Positions 10,095-20,770 are shown, counted from the stretch's first letter. The stretch: 64,000 nucleotides of DNA from an uncultured Chloroflexia bacterium (GCA_963813535.1 CAWEZH010000002.1:1088001-1152000), one strand, 5' to 3'. Program-made: numbers and translations. The notes: generated by a model from the sequence alone, not told the origin.

Positions 10095-10888
10095 CCAGCC
10101 AGCTCGACGTCACCGATCGCGAGGCCACAGTCCTTGCCGATCTCGCCGTCCCCGCCCCGCCCACCCTCCGCGCCTCCGTGCTCGTCGAGGTCGGACTCGT
10201 GGATCAGTACGGCCGCTTCGACTCGCCGCTCGGTGAGCTCGCCGTGGCCTGGAACGGGCGTGGCGTGGTGTCGGTCGACCTGGCCGGCGACGACGGCAGC
10301 TTCGAGGCGAGCCACCTGGCCACGACCGGCCGCCGGGCGATCCCGGCGGAGGTCCCGCCCCGACTCGCGAGTGCCATCACCCGCCGACTCGACGGTGACC
10401 GCCGGGTCCGAATCCCGCTCGACCTGCGCGGCCACAGTCCGTTCGAGCAGGACGTGTGGCGCAAGGCACTCGAGATCCCCCGCGGTGAGGTCAGGCCGTA
10501 CGGCTGGATCGCCGCGGAGATCGGGCGACCGAAGGCGGTGCGGGCGGTCGGCACGGCGCTCGGCCACAACCCGGTGCCGTTGATCGTGCCCTGCCATCGG
10601 GTCGTCCGGAGCGACGGGTCGATCGGTCAGTACTCCCTGGGCGGCCCCGAGAACAAGCGGACCATCCTGGCCGCCGAGGGCCTCGATCCCGACGCGATGG
10701 AGAACGCAGCAAGGCGCGGCGAGCGGCTCGTCGGCTGCGCCTCGACGCGCATCGTGTGCTGGCCGACCTGCCGGACCGGGCGCCACATGCTGGAGCGCAA
10801 TCGGCGGCCGTTCCGTTCGCTGGCGGAGGCCGGCGCAGCGGGGTACCGGCCGTGCAAGGTCTGCCGCCCGGTCGCCGCGGCCGCGTAA
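10091..10888 (+). CDS. ogt: methylated-DNA--protein-cysteine methyltransferase fused to C-terminal Ada Zn-binding domain
   Basis: RAVGTALGHNPVPLIVPCHRVV active site; CWPTC...GYRPCKVCRP Ada metal-binding motif; ATGA overlap with the sigma gene. Confidence 0.9.
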   Translation: MTSQLDVTDREATVLADLAVPAPPTLRASVLVEVGLVDQYGRFDSPLGELAVAWNGRGVVSVDLAGDDGSFEASHLATTGRRAIPAEVPPRLASAITRRLDGDRRVRIPLDLRGHSPFEQDVWRKALEIPRGEVRPYGWIAAEIGRPKAVRAVGTALGHNPVPLIVPCHRVVRSDGSIGQYSLGGPENKRTILAAEGLDPDAMENAARRGERLVGCASTRIVCWPTCRTGRHMLERNRRPFRSLAEAGAAGYRPCKVCRPVAAAA

Positions 10889-10949
10889 AACGCTGGAGCG
10901 ACCGCGGCACGCCCGCGGAGCGTATGCTTTGGCCTTGGACCATCCGACT

Positions 10950-11960
10950 ATGCCAAAGGCCACACGATCGCCCGACCCACGGGCGATCTGGGCCGGGCTG
11001 GCGATCCTCTACACCGTCTGGGGATCGACGTACCTGGCGATCGCTGTCGCCGTCGAGACGATCCCGCCGTTCCTGATGGCCGCCATGCGCTTCGGCCTCG
11101 CCGGCGTCCTCCTCCTCGGCTGGGTCGCGCTGCGCCATCCCGAGGTTCTCGGGCGTCCGACCCGCCGTGAGCTCCTCGATACGACCATCGTCGGGGCACT
11201 GTTGCTCGGCGGGGGCATGGGCATGGTCGCCTGGGGCGAGCAGACGATCCCCTCGGGCATCGCGGCGCTGCTGATCGGGATGATGCCGGTCTGGGTCGCG
11301 GTGATCGGTCGGGTGGCGCTCGGGGAGCGACTGCCGCGTCTGGCGGTCCTCGGCATCGTGGTCGGGTTCATCGGCGTGGCGATCCTGGTGGGCCCGACGG
11401 CGTTCGGCGCAGCCGGCGCCCTCCCTGCCGCCGGGCTGCTCGCGATCCTGATCTCGCCGATCGCGTGGTCATCCGGATCGCTGTATGCGACCCACCGGGC
11501 GCACCTGCCGCGTCACCCACTCGTCGCGACCGGGCTGCAGATGGTGGCAGGTGCCGCGGTCCTCCTGATCATGGCGATGGTGTCGGGCGAGCCGGCGCGG
11601 TTCGACCCGGCCGCAGTGTCGGGGCCCTCGTTCGCGGCGTTCCTCTACCTGACGGTCATCGGCAGCATCGTCGCGTTCACGACATACGGCTGGATGATCC
11701 GCGTCGCACCGCTCCCGTTGGTCGCGACGTACGCCTACGTCAATCCGGTGGTCGCCGTCATCCTCGGGGCGATCATCCTGAACGAGCCGATCGAGCCGCG
11801 GACGCTCCTCGCCGGGGCGGTGATCGTCGCGGCTGTCGCGGTGATCGTCACGGCCCGCGGTCGGATGACCCGCCCCCCGGCCGCGAGGGGGATCACGATT
11901 CCGCCAGGACCGTCCGAGCCACTCGCCGCGCCATCGCCATCACGGTCAGCATCGGGTTGA
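10950..11960 (+). CDS. EamA/DMT family transporter (YedA-like)
   Basis: VWGSTYLAI, YAYVNPVVAV, ~10 TM segments. Confidence 0.92.
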   Translation: MPKATRSPDPRAIWAGLAILYTVWGSTYLAIAVAVETIPPFLMAAMRFGLAGVLLLGWVALRHPEVLGRPTRRELLDTTIVGALLLGGGMGMVAWGEQTIPSGIAALLIGMMPVWVAVIGRVALGERLPRLAVLGIVVGFIGVAILVGPTAFGAAGALPAAGLLAILISPIAWSSGSLYATHRAHLPRHPLVATGLQMVAGAAVLLIMAMVSGEPARFDPAAVSGPSFAAFLYLTVIGSIVAFTTYGWMIRVAPLPLVATYAYVNPVVAVILGAIILNEPIEPRTLLAGAVIVAAVAVIVTARGRMTRPPAARGITIPPGPSEPLAAPSPSRSASG

Positions 11961-13905
11961 CCCCGATCGCGGTCGGGAACAGCGAGCTATCCGCGACGTA
12001 CAGGCCGGCGATCAACCGGTCCTGTCTGTTGCGGGCGCGGACTCGGCCGTTCGGATCACACGGGTGGTCGCGGGGCGTCGCGCCCATCCTCACCGTGCCC
12101 ATCTGGTGCGCCGACATCACCGACCCGCGGTTTGGGGCGTAGTCCATCCTGGCGACGCGATCCTCGAACCGCCCGTACGCGGCGGCGTCGCTTTCAGGCG
12201 AGCTGCGGACCGGCATGAACCGCACCCCGGGCGTGCCGGCGACGACGATCTCACCGGCTCCGGCCGCGCGCGCCATGCGCGCCATGCGCACCGCCGCATG
12301 GCGCAGCGTCGCCACCCCGACCTTGTCGAGTCGGTAGTCGACCCGGACCCGGCCTGCACGCGTCAGCGAGACGCGGCCGGCGCCGCCGTCCCGCGTGACG
12401 GCCACGAGCGGGGCGAGATATCGGCCGTCGCGCATCGAGGCGGCGTGGGCGTCGGTCCCCTCCCACGGCAAGGCCATCGCGATCAGCCCGACATGCCCGG
12501 GCGCCGACTCGATGACATACCCGTTCCGGTCCCGCTCCGGGTCGACGAACTGGAGCGACTGGGCACCCTGCATGGGCCCGTGCCACATGTCGACGGGCAT
12601 CGTCATCCGGCCCGCGACGATCGGGACCGGGTGGACGCGCAGGTGCTGGCCGATGGCCCGGTGCCGGACGCCGGAGGCCTGGAGCAGGGCGGGTGAGCGC
12701 AGGGCGCCCGCCGCCAGCACGACCTGTCGGGCACGCACGACGAGCTGCCGCGTCCGCGGCTCGGGATCCGTCCCCGGGATGAGCGCGCGACCCTGTACCC
12801 CGACCGCACGCTCCCGCTCGATCAGCACCTTCGTCACACGGACATGGGGCACGATCCGCGCGCCAGCTTCGGCCGCGCGTGCGAGGTGCACGCGGATGCC
12901 CGACTGCTTCGAGCCGCGGCGGCAACCGAAGGGACAGCTGCCGCAGTCGTCGCATTCGACGCTGGCGTTCCGTCGGGCGGGAGCCGCTTTCCAGCCAAGA
13001 CGCTCCGCGCCGCGCAGGATGACCTGGTCCTTGGGTGGCTGGCGACGTACCGCCGACACCGACAGCTCCCCCTCGAGCGTGGCGACGTCGTCGCTCCACA
13101 GGTCGCCGTCCTCGAGGTCGCGGAGGCCATGGTCTCGCCGCCACTCGCCACGGACCGCGGCCGGCGCCTCCATCGAGGTCATCCAGTTGACCATGGTGCC
13201 GCCGCCCACGCCCGAGCCTGCGAGCATCGTGACGGAGCCGTCCCAGGTCGAGAGCAGGCCGTGGTTGAGGTACAGGCGCCCGAACGCATCGAGCTCATCG
13301 CGCGGCATCGAGGACTCGTCGACGAACGGGCCGGCCTCGAGCACGACGACCGATCGACCGGCCTCGGCCAGCGCGGCGGCGACCACGCCACCGCCCGCCC
13401 CGGAACCCACGATCACGACGTCCGCCTCGAGCGTGATCGGCTCGTCCTGCGCGCCCATCTCGAAGTCCAGCGCAAGCGGCTGGATGGGCGAACGATCCGA
13501 CGTGAGCGGCGGCAGCTCGGGGTCGTAGCCGATCACGGCATGCCGTGGGTTGCCCGATGCGTCCGCCCCAGGGTCGGCGTAGGCGAGGAACGTCATCACC
13601 TTGCGGAGCGTGCCGAAGGCGGTCCGCCGAGATTGGAATGGCGACGTCGACCACTTGAGGAGGTAGCGCTCGCGCGCGTCCTGCGACATCGATGTGAACC
13701 GGGTCGGTCGACGACCGAGGATGAGGTTGGCGACGCGCGACTCCATCAGCCCGAGGAGTCGATGGAACTGGTGGATCTGCTCGGGGTCGGCAGCCCGCTC
13801 GAGGGCCTCGATCGTCAGTCGGGTGCGGCGACGGGCATCTCCGCGGACGAACGTTTCGGCGACCTCGGCGAGGGTCGCCAGCTCACGTTCAGTCCACGTA
13901 CCCAT
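11893..13905 (-). CDS. GMC family oxidoreductase (long-chain alcohol oxidase-like)
   Basis: GSGAGGG, GGGTMVNW, CGSCPFGC, SAHQMGT, GVNPMLT. Confidence 0.92.
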   Translation of the reverse strand: MGTWTERELATLAEVAETFVRGDARRRTRLTIEALERAADPEQIHQFHRLLGLMESRVANLILGRRPTRFTSMSQDARERYLLKWSTSPFQSRRTAFGTLRKVMTFLAYADPGADASGNPRHAVIGYDPELPPLTSDRSPIQPLALDFEMGAQDEPITLEADVVIVGSGAGGGVVAAALAEAGRSVVVLEAGPFVDESSMPRDELDAFGRLYLNHGLLSTWDGSVTMLAGSGVGGGTMVNWMTSMEAPAAVRGEWRRDHGLRDLEDGDLWSDDVATLEGELSVSAVRRQPPKDQVILRGAERLGWKAAPARRNASVECDDCGSCPFGCRRGSKQSGIRVHLARAAEAGARIVPHVRVTKVLIERERAVGVQGRALIPGTDPEPRTRQLVVRARQVVLAAGALRSPALLQASGVRHRAIGQHLRVHPVPIVAGRMTMPVDMWHGPMQGAQSLQFVDPERDRNGYVIESAPGHVGLIAMALPWEGTDAHAASMRDGRYLAPLVAVTRDGGAGRVSLTRAGRVRVDYRLDKVGVATLRHAAVRMARMARAAGAGEIVVAGTPGVRFMPVRSSPESDAAAYGRFEDRVARMDYAPNRGSVMSAHQMGTVRMGATPRDHPCDPNGRVRARNRQDRLIAGLYVADSSLFPTAIGVNPMLTVMAMARRVARTVLAES

Positions 13906-15113
13906 CAGGCCCGGACGGCCTCCCATCCCTGAGCGGGCCAGGGCTCACAGCGGAGCGGTCGATCCTCGCGATAGCCGAGCGCGTAGTCGGCCTGGATGAG
14001 CGTATGGAGCTGACTGGTGCCCTCGTAGATGACGGCGGCCTTGGAATTGCGCAGGTAGCGCTCGACCGGGAACTCGTTCGAGTAGCCATTCGCGCCGTGG
14101 ACCTGGATGGCATCGAGCGCGCTCTGCACCGAGTGCTCCGTCGCGTGCCACTTGGCCATGGATGTCTCGCGCGTGTTGCGCTTTCCCTGGTTCTTGAGCC
14201 AGCCGGCGCGCCAGACGAGAAGACGCCCCATCTCCGTGCCGACGACCATCTTGGCGATCAACTGCTTGACCAACTGGTGCTCCCCGATGTCCTGGCCGAA
14301 CGTCTGTCGCTCGCGCGCATAGCTGACGCTTGCGTCGATGCATGCTTGCGCGAGACCGACGGCGCCGGCGGCGACCGTGTAGCGCCCCTGGTCGATGGCG
14401 CTCATGGCGACCAGGAAGCCCTCCCCGTCTTCGCCGATGCGGTTCTCCGCGGGCACGACCACGTCGTCGAGGTTGATGAGCCCGGTGTTGCCCGCCCGGA
14501 TGCCGAGCTTGCCGTGGAGCGTGCCGGTGCTCAGACCGGCCATCCCTCGCTCCACGAGGAACGCCGTCACGCCCTTGTGCTTCTGCGCGCGATCGACCGT
14601 GGCGAAGACGAGGAAGTGGTCGGCGATGTCGGCGAGGCTGATCCAGATCTTCTGGCCGTTGAGTCGATACGCGTCGCCGTCGCGCCGCGCCGTCGTCTGG
14701 AGGTTGCCGGCATCCGTCCCGACGCCCGGCTCGGTGAGACCGAACGTCGCGAGCTTCTCGCCCTTCGCCTGGGGCACGAGCCAGCGCTGACGCTGCTCCT
14801 CGGTGCCCCACTGCAGGAGCGCCAGCGAATTCAGCGCGACGTGCACGCTCTGGACGACACGGAACGCCGTATCGGCACGCTCCAGCTCCTCGCACAGGAT
14901 CGCGAAGCTGATGTAGTCCATCCCGCTGCCGCCGTAGGCTTCGGGGATCGGGGCTCCAAGGAAGCCCTGCTCCCCCATCCGTCCGAACACCTCGCGGTGG
15001 ACTTCGCCCTTCGCGTCCCATTCGCGGATGTGCGGCAGGATCTCGGCCTCTGCGAACGCTCGCGCGGCCTGCTGGACGAGCTTGTTCTCGTCGGTCAGAG
15101 AGAAGTCCACCAT
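13905..15113 (-). CDS. acyl-CoA dehydrogenase
   Basis: FGLTEPGVGTD, NGQKIWIS, QVHGANGY, IYEGTSQ. Confidence 0.95.
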   Translation of the reverse strand: MVDFSLTDENKLVQQAARAFAEAEILPHIREWDAKGEVHREVFGRMGEQGFLGAPIPEAYGGSGMDYISFAILCEELERADTAFRVVQSVHVALNSLALLQWGTEEQRQRWLVPQAKGEKLATFGLTEPGVGTDAGNLQTTARRDGDAYRLNGQKIWISLADIADHFLVFATVDRAQKHKGVTAFLVERGMAGLSTGTLHGKLGIRAGNTGLINLDDVVVPAENRIGEDGEGFLVAMSAIDQGRYTVAAGAVGLAQACIDASVSYARERQTFGQDIGEHQLVKQLIAKMVVGTEMGRLLVWRAGWLKNQGKRNTRETSMAKWHATEHSVQSALDAIQVHGANGYSNEFPVERYLRNSKAAVIYEGTSQLHTLIQADYALGYREDRPLRCEPWPAQGWEAVRA

Positions 15114-15254
15114 GGCGCGCATCCTACGCGGCGGGAGTCGCCCGAATGCCGCTCGGTTGCACTCGATCACCCGAGATACTCCGGCTCCTTTTGGCCGACG
15201 TCCGAAGGCATGGCGGTCCGCATCGTGACAAGAGCCGGCCGCTACACTCGGCCG

Positions 15255-16532
15255 ATGGAGTCATCCCCCGATCCCGCGCCACATCTGACGCCCGTCCTCG
15301 GCCGATATCTCCAGCGTCAATGGAGCCACGGCGAGGGTCACCGCCTGTTCGACACCGATGGGCGCGCCTATCTCGACTTCGCGAACGGCATCGCGGTGAC
15401 GGCGCTAGGCCACAATCATCCGAAGGTCAACGCCGCGATCCACGCCCAGGTCGACCGGTTGGTCGGGCCGATCAACGCCATCGGCTTCACGAAGCCGATC
15501 TCGCGCGCTGCCGATGCCCTGGCGGCGAGCCTGCCCGACCCGATCGACTCCGTCATGTTCATGAACTCGGGCTCGGAGGCGATCGACGCTGCGCTCAAGC
15601 TGGGCCGGCGCGTGACCGGACGACCGGGGATCATCGCGTTCCGCGGCGCCTTCCACGGCCGGACATTCGGGGCGATGGCGGTCACCAGCTCGGCGCTCAA
15701 CTACCGGGTCGGCTACGAGCCGATGCTGCCCTCGGTCCACCTCACGACGTTTCCGGCTGTCTACCGCGGGTTCGGCGGTGATGAGGAGGCGGCGGTCGCG
15801 GGCGCCATGGCCGACCTCCGCACCCTGACGTCGACCGCGATCCCGCCGTCGGCGGTCGGCTCGATCCTGATCGAACCCGTCCAGGGCGAGGGTGGCTTCA
15901 CCCCGGCACCGGTCCGGTTCCTCCGGGAAGTCCGTGCATTCTGCGACGAGCACGGCATCCTGCTCATCGCCGACGAAGTCCAATGCGGCTACGGACGCAC
16001 CGGGAAGATGTGGGCGTTCGAGCATGCCGGGATCGTCCCCGACGTCGTGGTCATCGCGAAGGCGATCGCCAACGGCTTGCCCCTCTCCGCCCTCGCGTCG
16101 TCGCGCCAGATCCAGGAACGTTGGGGCCGCGGTGCCCATGGCTCGACCTACGGAGGGAACCCCGTCGCGTGCGCCGCAGCGATCGCGGTCCTAGCGACGA
16201 TCGAGTCGGAAGGCCTCGTCCAGAACGCCAACGAGCGCGGCGCCGAGCTGCGGGCAGGGCTGGAGCGCATCGCCGCCGAGGACGACCGGATCGGGGATAT
16301 CCGCGGGCCGGGGATGATGATCGGCGTGGAATTCGTGAAGGACAAGGCAACGCGCGAACCGGACGGCGCCCTGCCGGACCGGCTGATCGCCGCCTGCGCC
16401 GACCGGGGACTGCTCGTCTTGACGTGCGGGTCGCAGCACGAGGTGGTGCGCTGGATCCCGCCGCTAGACGTGACGGCCGGCGAGATCAGCGAAGCGATCG
16501 AGATCTTCGGCGAGGCGCTGGCCGCGGCCTGA
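15255..16532 (+). CDS. class III PLP aminotransferase (4-aminobutyrate transaminase-like)
   Basis: NSGSEA, FHGRT, EPVQGEGG, DEVQCGYGRTG, AKAIANG, STYGGNP. Confidence 0.92.
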   Translation: MESSPDPAPHLTPVLGRYLQRQWSHGEGHRLFDTDGRAYLDFANGIAVTALGHNHPKVNAAIHAQVDRLVGPINAIGFTKPISRAADALAASLPDPIDSVMFMNSGSEAIDAALKLGRRVTGRPGIIAFRGAFHGRTFGAMAVTSSALNYRVGYEPMLPSVHLTTFPAVYRGFGGDEEAAVAGAMADLRTLTSTAIPPSAVGSILIEPVQGEGGFTPAPVRFLREVRAFCDEHGILLIADEVQCGYGRTGKMWAFEHAGIVPDVVVIAKAIANGLPLSALASSRQIQERWGRGAHGSTYGGNPVACAAAIAVLATIESEGLVQNANERGAELRAGLERIAAEDDRIGDIRGPGMMIGVEFVKDKATREPDGALPDRLIAACADRGLLVLTCGSQHEVVRWIPPLDVTAGEISEAIEIFGEALAAA

Positions 16533-16550
16533 CCCCGACCCGGCGCGCGA

Positions 16551-17030
16551 CTAGCCGCCGACGACCACCTCGGTCGCCTGGATGATCGGACCGATCTGGC
16601 AGATCGAGACCATGTCCGCCTCGAAGCCACGCACCGTCAATTCGTCACCGGCACCTGCGACGACCTGCCCATCGGGCGCCACGAGCTCGAGTGGCGCCTT
16701 CCGTTGCGTCCATCCACTGGGATAGATGATCTCGTACCGACGACCGTCGGACGTCTGGAGATAGGTGCAGCCACCTTCGATCGAATCGGAGCCCAGGACG
16801 CCGACGTACGTCTGGATCGGCCCGCTGCCGGAGCCCTTCGGACTGGCGAGCTGCAGGCTCGGGCTGGCGCCGTCGGCGGGCGGCTGAGCCGACCCCGGCG
16901 ACCCGGACGCGCCCGACCCACCACTGCATCCCGCCATCACGAACCCAAGTACGAGGGCGGCAGGGAGCACGGCCCAGGCGCGACGCCGCCGGGGATGGCC
17001 GAAGGTACTTCCATCAGATCGGTACGACAT
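16551..17030 (-). CDS. hypothetical lipoprotein
   Basis: Lipobox MAGC, S/G/P linker, EGGC...SICQIG; start uncertain. Confidence 0.65.
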   Translation of the reverse strand: MSYRSDGSTFGHPRRRRAWAVLPAALVLGFVMAGCSGGSGASGSPGSAQPPADGASPSLQLASPKGSGSGPIQTYVGVLGSDSIEGGCTYLQTSDGRRYEIIYPSGWTQRKAPLELVAPDGQVVAGAGDELTVRGFEADMVSICQIGPIIQATEVVVGG

Positions 17031-17226
17031 CGTTTTGCACAGGGCTCCATAAGCCGCCATCATCGTCCGTACTGCAACGACCGCCCCAGCCTACCGCGGG
17101 CGGTCCACATGACGCGCCGTAGCGCCCGGAAGCGCGCGCACCAGGTCAGGGAGGTGACCAGCGCCGACGACGGATGGATCGCGCTCTCGATCTGTTCAAC
17201 GCTCGAGATCCTGGGAGGAGAACCGG

Positions 17227-20211
17227 ATGCGGCGGATGAAGCTCTATCGGGTCATGGCGGTCGCGGCCGCCATCTCATTGCTCATGCCCGTGGTCGCGGC
17301 ACCAGTCGTGGCGGCGGAGAAGGCCAAGCCATACGTGGTGGTCATGGCCGCGGAACCCATCACCGCGTACGACGGTGGTGCGCGAGGACTCGCGCCGACG
17401 AAGGTGGCGCCGGGCAAGAAGGTCGACCCACGAAGCCTGGCGGTACGCAACTACCGGGCGTTCCTGCGCACACAGCACGACAAGTCGCTCAGTCAGAGCG
17501 GCGTGGCGGTGGGCAAGAAGCTCCATGACTACTCGTTCGCCCTGAACGGGTACGCCGCGATGCTGACCCCGTCGCAGGTCGAGAGGATCGAAGTCCAGAA
17601 GGGCGTGGTACGGGTCCTCGAAGACCAGGTGCGCCAGCCCCAGACCGATAGTGTGGGCAAGTTCCTTGGTCTCACGGCGAACGGCGGCGCCTATGACAGA
17701 GGTGTTGACGGGGAGGACGTCGTTGTCGGCGTCATCGACACCGGCATCTGGCCGGAGCACCCGTCCTTCGCCGACAACGGCAGCTATGGGCCGTCACCCG
17801 TCGACCCAGTGCCCTGCGAGTTCGGCAACACCGCCCACAACGCCAATGACGTCGCGTTCAGCTGCAATGACAAGTTGCTCGGTGCGCGCCAGATGCTCAC
17901 GACCTACCGCGCGGTCATCGGCGCTGAGGACGAGGAGTTCGACTCGGCCCGAGACGACAGCGGCCACGGCACCCACACCGCCTCGACCGCGGCCGGTAAC
18001 GCCGGCGTGGCCGCGAGCATCTTCGGTCTCCCGGTCGCCCGGATCTCGGGTGTCGCCCCACGCGCCAGGGTCATCGCATATAAGGCGCTGGGCGAGCTCG
18101 GCGGCTTCACCTCGGACCTGGCGGCGGCGATCGATATGGCCGTCTCCGACGGCGTCGACGTGATCAATTACTCGATCGGTGGCGGCGCCGGCCTGCCTGG
18201 CGCCGATGACATCGCCTTCCTGTTCGCTGCGAACTCGGGTGTGTTCGTCGCGGCCTCCGCAGGCAATGACGGACCAGGCGCCGCCACGGTCGGCAGTCCG
18301 GCCGTCATGCCCTGGGTTACCGCAGTCGGCGCGAGCACCCAGCGACGCTTCTTCGAGGGCGTCGTCGTCCTCGGCAACGGCAAGCGCTATCGCGGCGCTT
18401 CGGTGACCAGGAATCTCGGCTCGACGCCACTGGTCGACGCGGCGAACGCAGGCAGCGACATCTGCGAGCCGGGCGAGCTCGACCCAGCCGTGGTGACCGG
18501 CAAGGTCGTGCTGTGCATCCGGGGCGTGGTCGGCCGTGCAGAGAAGAGCAAGGCCGTCTTCGAGGCCGGCGGCGTCGGCATGATCATGTACAACACGAAC
18601 AACGTCGACAATCTCTTCACGGACAACCATTGGGTCCCGTCTGTCCATATCGACAACACGCCGGGGCTGGCCATCAAGGCGTACATCGCCTCGGCCGCCA
18701 ACCCCACTGCCCGGATCAGCGTCCGGACCCCGTCCGGGCCGCCGCGCAAGACCAGCTGGCCGCACGCGCCCACGATGACGATCTTCTCGTCACGCGGCCC
18801 GAACGCGGTCGCGCCGGACGTCATCAAGCCGGACATCACAGCTCCTGGTCTCCAGATCCTGGGCGGCAATTCGCCCTTCCCTGACCCCGAGACGCCCTCG
18901 GGTGAGTTGTTCCAGGCCATCGCCGGAACGTCGATGTCGAGCCCCGTCGTGGCCGGCATCTATGCCCTCTTGAAGCAGGCACACCCCGACTGGTCGGCAG
19001 CCGCAGCGAGATCTGCCCTGATGACCACCGCGCACCAGAGCGTGCGGGACAACGACCGCGTCAGCCGAGCGGATCCGTTCGACTTCGGGGCCGGCCATGT
19101 CCGGCCGGGTGGCCGCTGGGTCAAGGGCTCCATCTCGCAGCCAGGTCTCGTGTACGACGCCGGGCTGTTCGAATACGCGGCATTCACGTGCGGCATGGAG
19201 TGGGAGGTCTTCGACCAGGCCAGCTGCGACTTCCTCGAGAGCGAGGGTGTCCCGAGCTCGCCGGTCGATCTCAACCTGCCGTCCATCGGGATCTCCGAGG
19301 TTGCCGGCAGCCAGACGGTCACCCGGACGGTGACCAGCGTGGCGACCAGCAACGCGAAGGTGACCTACAAGGCCAGTGTCCGTGCCCCGTCGGGCTTCAA
19401 GGTCAAGGTGTCGCCGTCCACGATCACGCTCCGGCGCGGTCAGTCGGCGACGTTCACGGTCACGGTCACGAACGTCCGTGCGCCGATCGGGACGTGGCGC
19501 TTCGGATCGCTGACGTGGAAGGCCAAGGACTACAGCGTCCGCAGCCCGATCGCCGTCAAGGGCGCGCTCTTCGACGCACCCGATGAGGTGAGCGGGACCG
19601 GCACGTCCGGGACGCTCAGCTTCCCGGTCAAGTTCGGCTACACGGGTTCGTACACGGCGGCGGCGCATGGCCTCGTTCCGGCGACCGTCACGCACGACAA
19701 CGTCCTCCAGGATCCCAACCAGACGTTCGACCCGGCTGACGTCGCCGCCGGCGGCGCCAACCTCCACGAGTTCACCCTCTCGGGTGCGGCACATTTCCGT
19801 ATCGCGATGCCACCCGAAGGGACCGAGGCCGAGGCCGACCTCGACATCTACGTGGTCGGTCCGAACGGCGAAGAAGCCAGCAGCACGTCCGGTGGGACCG
19901 ACGAGCTGATCGACATCCCCTCCCCCGCGAACGGGACGTGGAAGGTCTATGTCCACGGCTGGGCGGCGCCGGGCGGCAACTCCGACTACGACATGTGGAC
20001 GTGGGCGGTCCCGAGCGCCGCGGGCGGTGGCAGCCTCTCGATCACGTCGGCACCGACCTCGGCGACCAACGCCACGGTCGGGACCGTCGAGGTCGCATGG
20101 AGCGGCATCACGACAGGAGCCATCGGTGACTGGTATCTCGGCGCCGTATCCCACACCGGCACCAGCGGCCTCATGGGCCTGACACTCGTCAACATCGACA
20201 ACAGACCCTGA
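17227..20211 (+). CDS. secreted S8 subtilisin-like serine protease (I9, PA and Fn3-like domains)
   Basis: Signal peptide; VIDTG, HGTHTAST, GTSMSSP catalytic triad; GGAGG RBS. Confidence 0.95.
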   Translation: MRRMKLYRVMAVAAAISLLMPVVAAPVVAAEKAKPYVVVMAAEPITAYDGGARGLAPTKVAPGKKVDPRSLAVRNYRAFLRTQHDKSLSQSGVAVGKKLHDYSFALNGYAAMLTPSQVERIEVQKGVVRVLEDQVRQPQTDSVGKFLGLTANGGAYDRGVDGEDVVVGVIDTGIWPEHPSFADNGSYGPSPVDPVPCEFGNTAHNANDVAFSCNDKLLGARQMLTTYRAVIGAEDEEFDSARDDSGHGTHTASTAAGNAGVAASIFGLPVARISGVAPRARVIAYKALGELGGFTSDLAAAIDMAVSDGVDVINYSIGGGAGLPGADDIAFLFAANSGVFVAASAGNDGPGAATVGSPAVMPWVTAVGASTQRRFFEGVVVLGNGKRYRGASVTRNLGSTPLVDAANAGSDICEPGELDPAVVTGKVVLCIRGVVGRAEKSKAVFEAGGVGMIMYNTNNVDNLFTDNHWVPSVHIDNTPGLAIKAYIASAANPTARISVRTPSGPPRKTSWPHAPTMTIFSSRGPNAVAPDVIKPDITAPGLQILGGNSPFPDPETPSGELFQAIAGTSMSSPVVAGIYALLKQAHPDWSAAAARSALMTTAHQSVRDNDRVSRADPFDFGAGHVRPGGRWVKGSISQPGLVYDAGLFEYAAFTCGMEWEVFDQASCDFLESEGVPSSPVDLNLPSIGISEVAGSQTVTRTVTSVATSNAKVTYKASVRAPSGFKVKVSPSTITLRRGQSATFTVTVTNVRAPIGTWRFGSLTWKAKDYSVRSPIAVKGALFDAPDEVSGTGTSGTLSFPVKFGYTGSYTAAAHGLVPATVTHDNVLQDPNQTFDPADVAAGGANLHEFTLSGAAHFRIAMPPEGTEAEADLDIYVVGPNGEEASSTSGGTDELIDIPSPANGTWKVYVHGWAAPGGNSDYDMWTWAVPSAAGGGSLSITSAPTSATNATVGTVEVAWSGITTGAIGDWYLGAVSHTGTSGLMGLTLVNIDNRP

Positions 20212-20230
20212 CGCTTCCGGCGTCAGGAAC

Positions 20231-20265
20231 GACGAGGCCCGCCGGTCATGCCGGCGGGCCTCGTC
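20231..20265 (+). terminator. stem-loop after the protease gene
   Basis: GACGAGGCCCGCCGG-tcatg-CCGGCGGGCCTCGTC perfect 15-bp stem. Confidence 0.7.
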
Positions 20266-20396
20266 ATGTCATGTCGGTGTCGACGTGCTCCGGCTACTCG
20301 CCATGCACGTGAAAGAGCGCCCGGGGAGGGACCGGGCGCTCGATAGGCAGCGGGATCGAGGCAGGTGGAGGCAGGGCCACCACCGTCGCGGGTGTC

Positions 20397-20591
20397 TTAG
20401 CGGTTCTGGGCCAGGAACTTCATCACGTCGTCGAGGCGGAAGCGGCGATCGCCACGCTTGCAGACGCGATAGAAGGGCAACTCACCACGGTCTCCCAGGC
20501 GCTTCACCGTGTTCACGTGCAGGTGGAGCATCTCGGCGACCTCGGTCGCGGTGAGCATCGGTCCCAGTTCGTTGACGGCCATCGATGCCAT
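20397..20591 (-). CDS. excisionase/BldC-like HTH_17 DNA-binding protein
   Basis: MLTATEVAEMLHLHVNTVKR..GELPFYR..GDRRFRLDDV. Confidence 0.85.
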   Translation of the reverse strand: MASMAVNELGPMLTATEVAEMLHLHVNTVKRLGDRGELPFYRVCKRGDRRFRLDDVMKFLAQNR

Positions 20592-20770
20592 GGGTCAGGT
20601 TGCCTCGTTCTGCGCTGTTCTCGGCGGCTCCGGGCCCCTGGGGTACTCAGGGGTAGGGTCGGGACCGCTGTGTGCCAGACAGTAGGGGTGAGGCCCCGGC
20701 CCATCCAAGCCGTACTTTGGGTTACCCGCCAGTACCAGACCCGACCGCGTCCTACCATCCGAGCGTGCGC

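Noticed and set aside
14004-15254. 842-aa fusion ORF 14004-16532
   Set aside because: The first half is the antisense shadow of acyl-CoA dehydrogenase; the real gene starts near 15255. Most other long Arg/Pro-rich ORFs in the track are likewise GC shadows.
20397-20591. Excisionase belonging to the tRNA island
   Set aside because: 9 kb outside the att repeats and among core genes; more likely a BldC-like regulator.
20592-20770. c-di-AMP (ydaO) riboswitch near the K+ genes
   Set aside because: Conserved GCTGAA / GGGG..AAT / CCCG..AGCTAAC blocks were not found here or before either permease.
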